From Piromyces finnis finn (lineage: Eukaryota; Fungi; Neocallimastigomycota): a DNA stretch of 64,000 nt. The notes beneath the pieces are model-generated. The model searched no databases. It was given only the letters and a program-made list of their open reading frames with translations, and was not told the origin of the DNA. The translations under genes and the position numbers were made by a program. The stretch lies in contig MCFH01000001.1 of the NCBI GenBank assembly GCA_002104945.1, forward strand, positions 806,001 through 870,000. Reading direction: 5' to 3'. Of the stretch, positions 57,629 to 64,000 are shown piece after piece; position 1 is the first letter of the stretch, and every line of letters begins with the position of its first letter.

Positions 57629-59707
57629 TTAGAGCTTAGACTTGTTAAGTTGTTGCTTTAATCTCTTTTCTAAGTTATCTAATTCAACAGTTAATTGCTT
57701 TGGATACTTAGAACCGAACATGCTGTGGTACTTTCTGATCTTTTCGACTTCTTGTAAGTAGGCCTTGCAGTCAACGTATAATAACTTCTTGATGGTTTCC
57801 ATATCGATATCTAAACCAGATAAATCAAGATCTTGAGCAGCTGGTAAGTAACCAATTGGAGTTTCAACAGCACCAACAACACCATCACATCTTTCACAGA
57901 TCCACTTTAAGACACGACTGTTGTCACCGTAACCTGGCCATAAGAACTTACCGTTTTCCTTTCTGAACCAGTTAACGTGGAAGATCTTTGGTAACTTGGC
58001 TGGGTCAGTCTTACCTGGGAAGCTGAGCCAGTGGGCAAAGTAATCGGCCATGTTGTAACCACAGAATGGTAACATAGCGAATGGATCGAAACGAAGTTCA
58101 CCCATCTTACCTTCAGCAGCGGCAGTTCTTTCAGAAGCAACAGAGGAACCGAGAAGAACACCGTGATTCCAGTCACGAGATTGGAAGACTAATGGAACAA
58201 TGGTTTCACGACGACCACCGAAAATAATGGCATCAACTGGAACACCATCTGGAGCGTTGTGGTAAGCTGGATCAACAACTGGACAGTTACTGATATCAGC
58301 AGTGAAACGAGAGTTTGGATGAGCAAGTTCCTTTGGATCATCAATACCTCTGGTCCACTTCTTACCCTTCCAGGTAATAGCGTTAGCTGGTGGTTGGTCA
58401 GTAAGACCCTTCCACCAAACATCACCGTCAGTAGTAAGAGCAACGTTAGTGAAGATAGCATCCTTTTCACAAGTACGTAAAGCATTTGGATTAGATTCTT
58501 CAGAAGTACCTGGGGCAACACCGAAGAAACCAGATTCTGGGTTAATGGCGTATAATCTACCATCCTTGTTTAACTTCATCCAGGCAATATCATCACCAAC
58601 AACAGTGACCTTCCATCCTGGAAGAGAACAGTTCATCATAGCAAGATTAGTCTTACCACAAGCAGATGGGAAAGCAGCAGTAATGTAGTGCTTCTTACCT
58701 TCTGGACTGGTAATACCAAGAACAAGCATGTGTTCAGCAAGAGATCTACCTTCTTCACGAGATAAGACGGTAGCAATACGAAGAGCGAAACACTTCTTAC
58801 CAAGAAGAGAGTTACCACCGTAACCAGAACCAATAGAAATAATTTCGTGGGTGTCTGGGAATTGGACAATGTATCTGTTCTTAAGGTCACATGGCCATGG
58901 AATATCCTTTTGTCCTGGTTCGAGTGGAGAAATAACAGAGTGGAAGGCTGGGACAAAGTCACCATCAGTACCTAAGACCTTTAAGACATCAAGACCAACT
59001 CTGGTCATGATTCTCATGTTAGCGGCAACGAAACCAGAATCGGTAATTTCAATACCAACACGGGAAATCTTACCACCAGTTGGACCCATAGAGAATGGAA
59101 TAACGTACATAGTTCTTCCCTTCATACAACCCTTCATTAAAGCGTGAAGCTTCTTCTTCATTTGGGTTGGTTCCATCCAGTTGTTGGTTGGTCCAGCATC
59201 TTCTTGCTTCTTGGAGCAAATGAAGGTAGCAGCTTCAACACGAGCAGTATCACCTATTTATTATAAAAAATTGATATAAAATTTAATTTCATTTTTCAAT
59301 AATATTAAACTATTTTTTTTCAACTGCTATTTTTTTCTCCTTTAATATTTTAAACTATATATTTCACTTTTATAAAAACTTCATTTTATTTTTTTTAAAT
59401 TTAAATTTACTGATTTATCAATCCTTTTTTTTTTTAAACATAAAAAGTATACATAATTTATATATTAATATATAATAACTTATTATTGATTTTTACCTGG
59501 GTTGGTACGAGTGTAGAAACAGTTTGGACGCTTTTCTGGGTTAAGACGTAAGAAAGTACCGTTTTGGATAAGTAATTCGTTAATAGCATTGATTTCTTCA
59601 ATGGAACCGTCCATAACGTGGACCTTGTCTGGAGTACATAAGGCAATTTGTTCCTTAACCCAGGCAAGAGCCTTCTTGTTCTTAATTAAAGAAAGATCGT
59701 TAACCAT
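57629..59707 (-). CDS. PCK: Phosphoenolpyruvate carboxykinase, GTP-dependent, 2 exons, ~611 aa
   Basis: Exons 59497-59707 and 57629-59253 (G|GTAAAA...TAG|GT). Motifs: [94 protein letters not shown]. Confidence 0.97.
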
Positions 59708-61739
59708 TTTGTATTTAATATTTATTTTTTGAAATTAATATAATATCAATTATATTAGGTATTTTTTAATTAATTAAATATAATAAATAAATATTATTTT
59801 TATAATTAATTAATAAAAAATTTTAAATTTATATAATAATAAATAAATAAAAAATTTTATAAAGTGTGTAAAGATTAATAATGTAGTGCGAATTTTCAAT
59901 TTTATAAGTATGAAAAAATTAAAATTTGAATATCCAATACTTTTTTAGATTTTATCATCCAAACCAATCATCTTGAAATCAAATTAGAAAATTTATAAAT
60001 TCTAGATGAAATAAAATTATATATTATTAAAGGAGATATATATATTACAATACAATATATAATATATTGAATAATATTACAACAACCCTAATAATATAAA
60101 AAAGGTGTTTTATATTATATATAGTATTTGAAAAATAATAGGAAAAAGTCGTCACATTCAATATAAACATAGAAATAAATAGGTTACTCCTACTACCATA
60201 TATTATATACTAAATCCCAAATAAGAAGGGAATAACATAAAAATTATTCTAGAAATTTTAATAAAACGTAGTTTTGATAAAAGTTAAATAGAATTACGAT
60301 AATTATATTTGAATTTTTAATATTTTAAATTAAAATATAAAAAAAAGGTGTATCTTTTTTTTTTTTTACTTGGTTATTATTACTATTATTAATTATTATG
60401 TTTATTATTATTCTTATTATTATTCTAATTATTATTATTACATTAATACAAATTAACTTTTTTATTTTTGGATAATATATTAAATTTAATATAAAATTTT
60501 TATATTCAATCCATGATTGAATCATTAAAAAATAAATTATCAACTGCTCTTTTAAAACAAAATGTTTTTATTTTTTTTTTTTTTTGAAAAAAGCAATAAG
60601 CAAATAGAAGCAAATGTAAGTGTATAAATAATGATTTATGTAAAGCGTGTATATCTATCGGTGAAATAATAAACAAATTATAATAGTTTTAAATTACTGC
60701 TTTTGAGTAAAATTTCGAATTATTAAAGTCTAATTTTAGAATTATTAACAAAATTCTTAATAACTATGTCATTTGACTTTTTTTTTTTTATAATGAATAC
60801 TATTTAATTTATAAATTCAAAGAATACAAAAATAAACCGTGAAAAGAGTGTAAATTCATTTGTTATACTTGATCATTTGGTCTTCATCACACTTTAAAAA
60901 AATTTAACAATTTCTTTTTATAGTTTTTAAATTTTTTAATTAAAAATGTTCCAAATTTATTTAATTATTTATTTACATAATTATTTATTCATTTATTTTT
61001 GTATCCATTACAATTTAAAAAAGAATGATAAACTCTTTTTTTTTTTTTTAATATAAATATTGTATCTATATTAATAAATAAATAAAGAAAAAACTAATTT
61101 TTTTTTTATTTAAGAATACTTTTACGATTTTATTTTATACTTTTTTTTTTTCATTCTAATATTTGCCTATTTTTATTTGTGATTTAAATGTGACTATTTG
61201 AATAAAGATGAAATTACAAAAGATAAGAAGATGATTCATAAAAAGTTTAATTTTCTGTATATATAATGATGATGCTCTTGGGATTCTTTTCATTCCATGA
61301 TAAAGTTTATACCGATTAATTTTTGTTTATTACACATGCTACTCATCCATAGTCCATATATATATATATCAAAATATCCATTTTGACTTTAATCTTATTT
61401 CATATTAAAAAAATTAATAATACTATTCATTATATTTATAGTATTATTAATTATAAAAACAATACATTCAATATATATTTTAATATTATATTTAATCTAT
61501 TTTATATATTTAAAATAATATAAAGGAAAATACCTATTGTTTTAATTAAAACAAAGAATGAAAAAAAAAAAAGATACCTGTTAAGTTTTATTTATTTTTT
61601 GATAGAATAAAAAGAATAATATATAGGATAATATACATACAATTCTATTTATTGATATACTTTTATTTCTCAAGATTTAATTATAACTTCGGATTATAAA
61701 ATTAATTTTTTAATCTATTCTTAATTAATTTTTGACAGA

Positions 61740-62330
61740 ATCTCTTTTATTCTTCCTTTTCTGCTAATTATTGTCGTTGCTACTATTTCTGTTGCTCCTT
61801 ATTCTTCCTGTAACTTTTTTCCATTATTCCTTAAACATCGTCCTTTCCATTGTGAACAATTCTTGTTCAAAGTTAATTTATATCTGATTAGGACTTTTCA
61901 TCCAATCACCAGTTATAATAATAAATACTATTATATACAATGAATATACAATGAATATATTGTAATATAAGCTATTTTAAAAGTTCATGTCAAATTAAAG
62001 TTTAAAGTTTATAGTATGGTACATTGGCGAGTAACATAAAATAATGATAATATATATTTGGAATAATTAATTAAAAATTAAAAAAAGAGTAAGGCATGAA
62101 ATTTCGAAAGAAAAAGAAATCTCAATGGCCTACTTTGAAAACTTTAAATATTAGGTCCAGGTAGAACTATTTAGCTTAATATTCTTTTTAATTCTATTTT
62201 TAAGCACCTTTATTGCTAATACTAAAGATGATGCTGCTATGAAACTACTAAATATTGTGTTCTATATTAAAAAAAAATAAAGTCCTACTCTCTAAGGAAA
62301 TAAATGGAAGGCATCACCAATAATTAAAAA
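61740..62330 (-). mobile_element. Possible highly decayed LINE APE relic
   Basis: Broken minus frames give VLPG (~62160), LANV (~62020) and IITGDW (~61910), with spacings matching VPG..GNVY..ILVGDFN in the intact ORF. Many stops. Confidence 0.35.
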
Positions 62331-63881
62331 ATCATTCCATTCATTTAATTTATTTTGATGTTTTTTTTTTGTTCTTTATCATTGTTGGTAAACATTTTAA
62401 TAATATATGGTTGCAATATACTACAATATATAGTGATTGCAACCAATAAATTTTAATTAGATAAAATTAATATATTCATTATCAAAAAAAAAAAAATTAA
62501 TAAAGGTTAAGTTATTAAAAATTAATATAAAAAAAAAGTTGAAATTAGCATTTCAAAAATAAAAAAAAGTTAAAAAAGGGAAATGGTAAGGGGGTAAGGA
62601 GTAGTAATGCTTTTATGGAAATAGTTATTTCAAATTTATAATTTCTTAAATATCACCTATTATTATACCTACATTTAAATATTGATTAAGATAATGAATA
62701 GAGGCTGTAGTTTCTTGCCATATTTTAATAATAAAAATTTTTATTTCTTAATTGTATTACAAGTGTATTACATTATACAGAAAACTCGAATGCATCAATA
62801 TCTCTACCCAAATAATTAATAAATAAAATAATATATTAATTTATAAAGTCAACTTTATCAATATATTTTGATTATCATTTCTTTTAATAATGATTACAGA
62901 TAGGCAGAATAATGATAATAATAAGGAAAAAAAAGAATCAACACTGGTTAATTTCAAATATAAAGAAAAAGACTTTTTAAATCATTTTTATTATCTTTTT
63001 ATATTTTTAGGCAATGATAGGTAGTAAAAATCATTTTTTGCTTTTATGATGTAAAAGTGAAAATAAAAATCTATCTATAGAATGATACTAAAATATTTAA
63101 AACATAATAATTATATATTATATATAAATAAAATGAAAATTCTTTCATTTTAAATATCTGATTATGATTTTTTTTTTGAATAAAACTAAATTTCTTTTTC
63201 TTTCTTTCTTTTTTTTAAAAAAAAGTGATACTATTATTATTTCCTATCTTTTATAAAATTATTGTGATATGTAGCAGTTTGAGTTTATTTCATTGAACAT
63301 GCGATGTACTATTTAATATAATATATAATGCGTATATGATACTAAAATATGTCATCGTACTACTACTACTGTAGGACTACTTTAATTAAAATGAATATTC
63401 GTTTATAATGATAAGAAAATACTTTAAAATAATTACTAAACATTATCTCTATCGAAATAAAAATTGTGATAACATTCAAAAAATTCATTTTTTTAATTAA
63501 TAGGCCAGTTTCATATTTATTTTTATCAAAATAAGGTCATGGATTGGGTTTAAAGTTAGCAGTCCATGAAAAACTGTAGAAATTTCTTTCTTTAGAAAAA
63601 AAATTAAAATTTAAAATATATTAAAAAAAATAATCAAATTATTTTAATAATTAAGATTTTAAAATTTTAATTAAAAAATAAATAAAATAACAAACATTTT
63701 TTATAATTATAAATTTCATTAATTATTAATTTAGTAAAAAAAAAATTTTTTTTTTTTAAATCTTTATCATTACACTTTTTACTCACCACATACACAACAA
63801 TCCTACACCTTTTAAATACTAAAAATAAAAATTATTAATATACCCAATTGTATCTATTTTTTAATATATAAATAAATTAAC

Positions 63882-64000
63882 ATGTTAACCAACTCAAGTA
63901 TATCAAAAGTTACTGAAAAAGATCTAAATGGAGGGATGATATGTAAATCTCTTTTTAAACCATCAGATGCTAAACGTATTGGTTCAAATGAAATAATAAC
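63882..64000 (+). CDS. Possible 5' start of a gene running off the window end
   Basis: ATG then an open frame MLTNSSISKVTEKDLNGGMICKSLFKPSDAKRIGSNEII to the window edge, with raised G/C relative to its flank. Confidence 0.45.
   Translation, partial: MLTNSSISKVTEKDLNGGMICKSLFKPSDAKRIGSNEII

Overview
This is a 64-kb stretch of an extremely AT-rich, intron-rich eukaryotic genome. It is most consistent with an anaerobic gut fungus (Neocallimastigomycota), based on the GTP-type PEPCK, fungal NADP-GDH, StuA-type APSES factor, poly-Asn tracts and long poly(A/T) intergenic regions. Spliced gene models were built by hand from GT/GC-AG junctions: an RRM-zinc-knuckle SR splicing factor, an APSES transcription factor, a canonical Aurora kinase, a divergently oriented and probably N-myristoylated Aurora-derived paralogue, FAP7/AK6, gdhA, GTP-PEPCK and several orphan genes. 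The most unusual region is about 46.3-56.9 kb. It is a same-strand, head-to-tail stack of non-LTR (APE-RT) retrotransposon pieces, running from heavily decayed relics on the left to an intact 1504-aa single-ORF element with an RRM-like N-terminus on the right. Beyond that element lie nested 5'-truncated self-insertions bounded by 12-, 15- and 59-bp direct repeats. No tRNA, rRNA or CRISPR array was recognised. All alignments and counts were done by eye and need computational confirmation.
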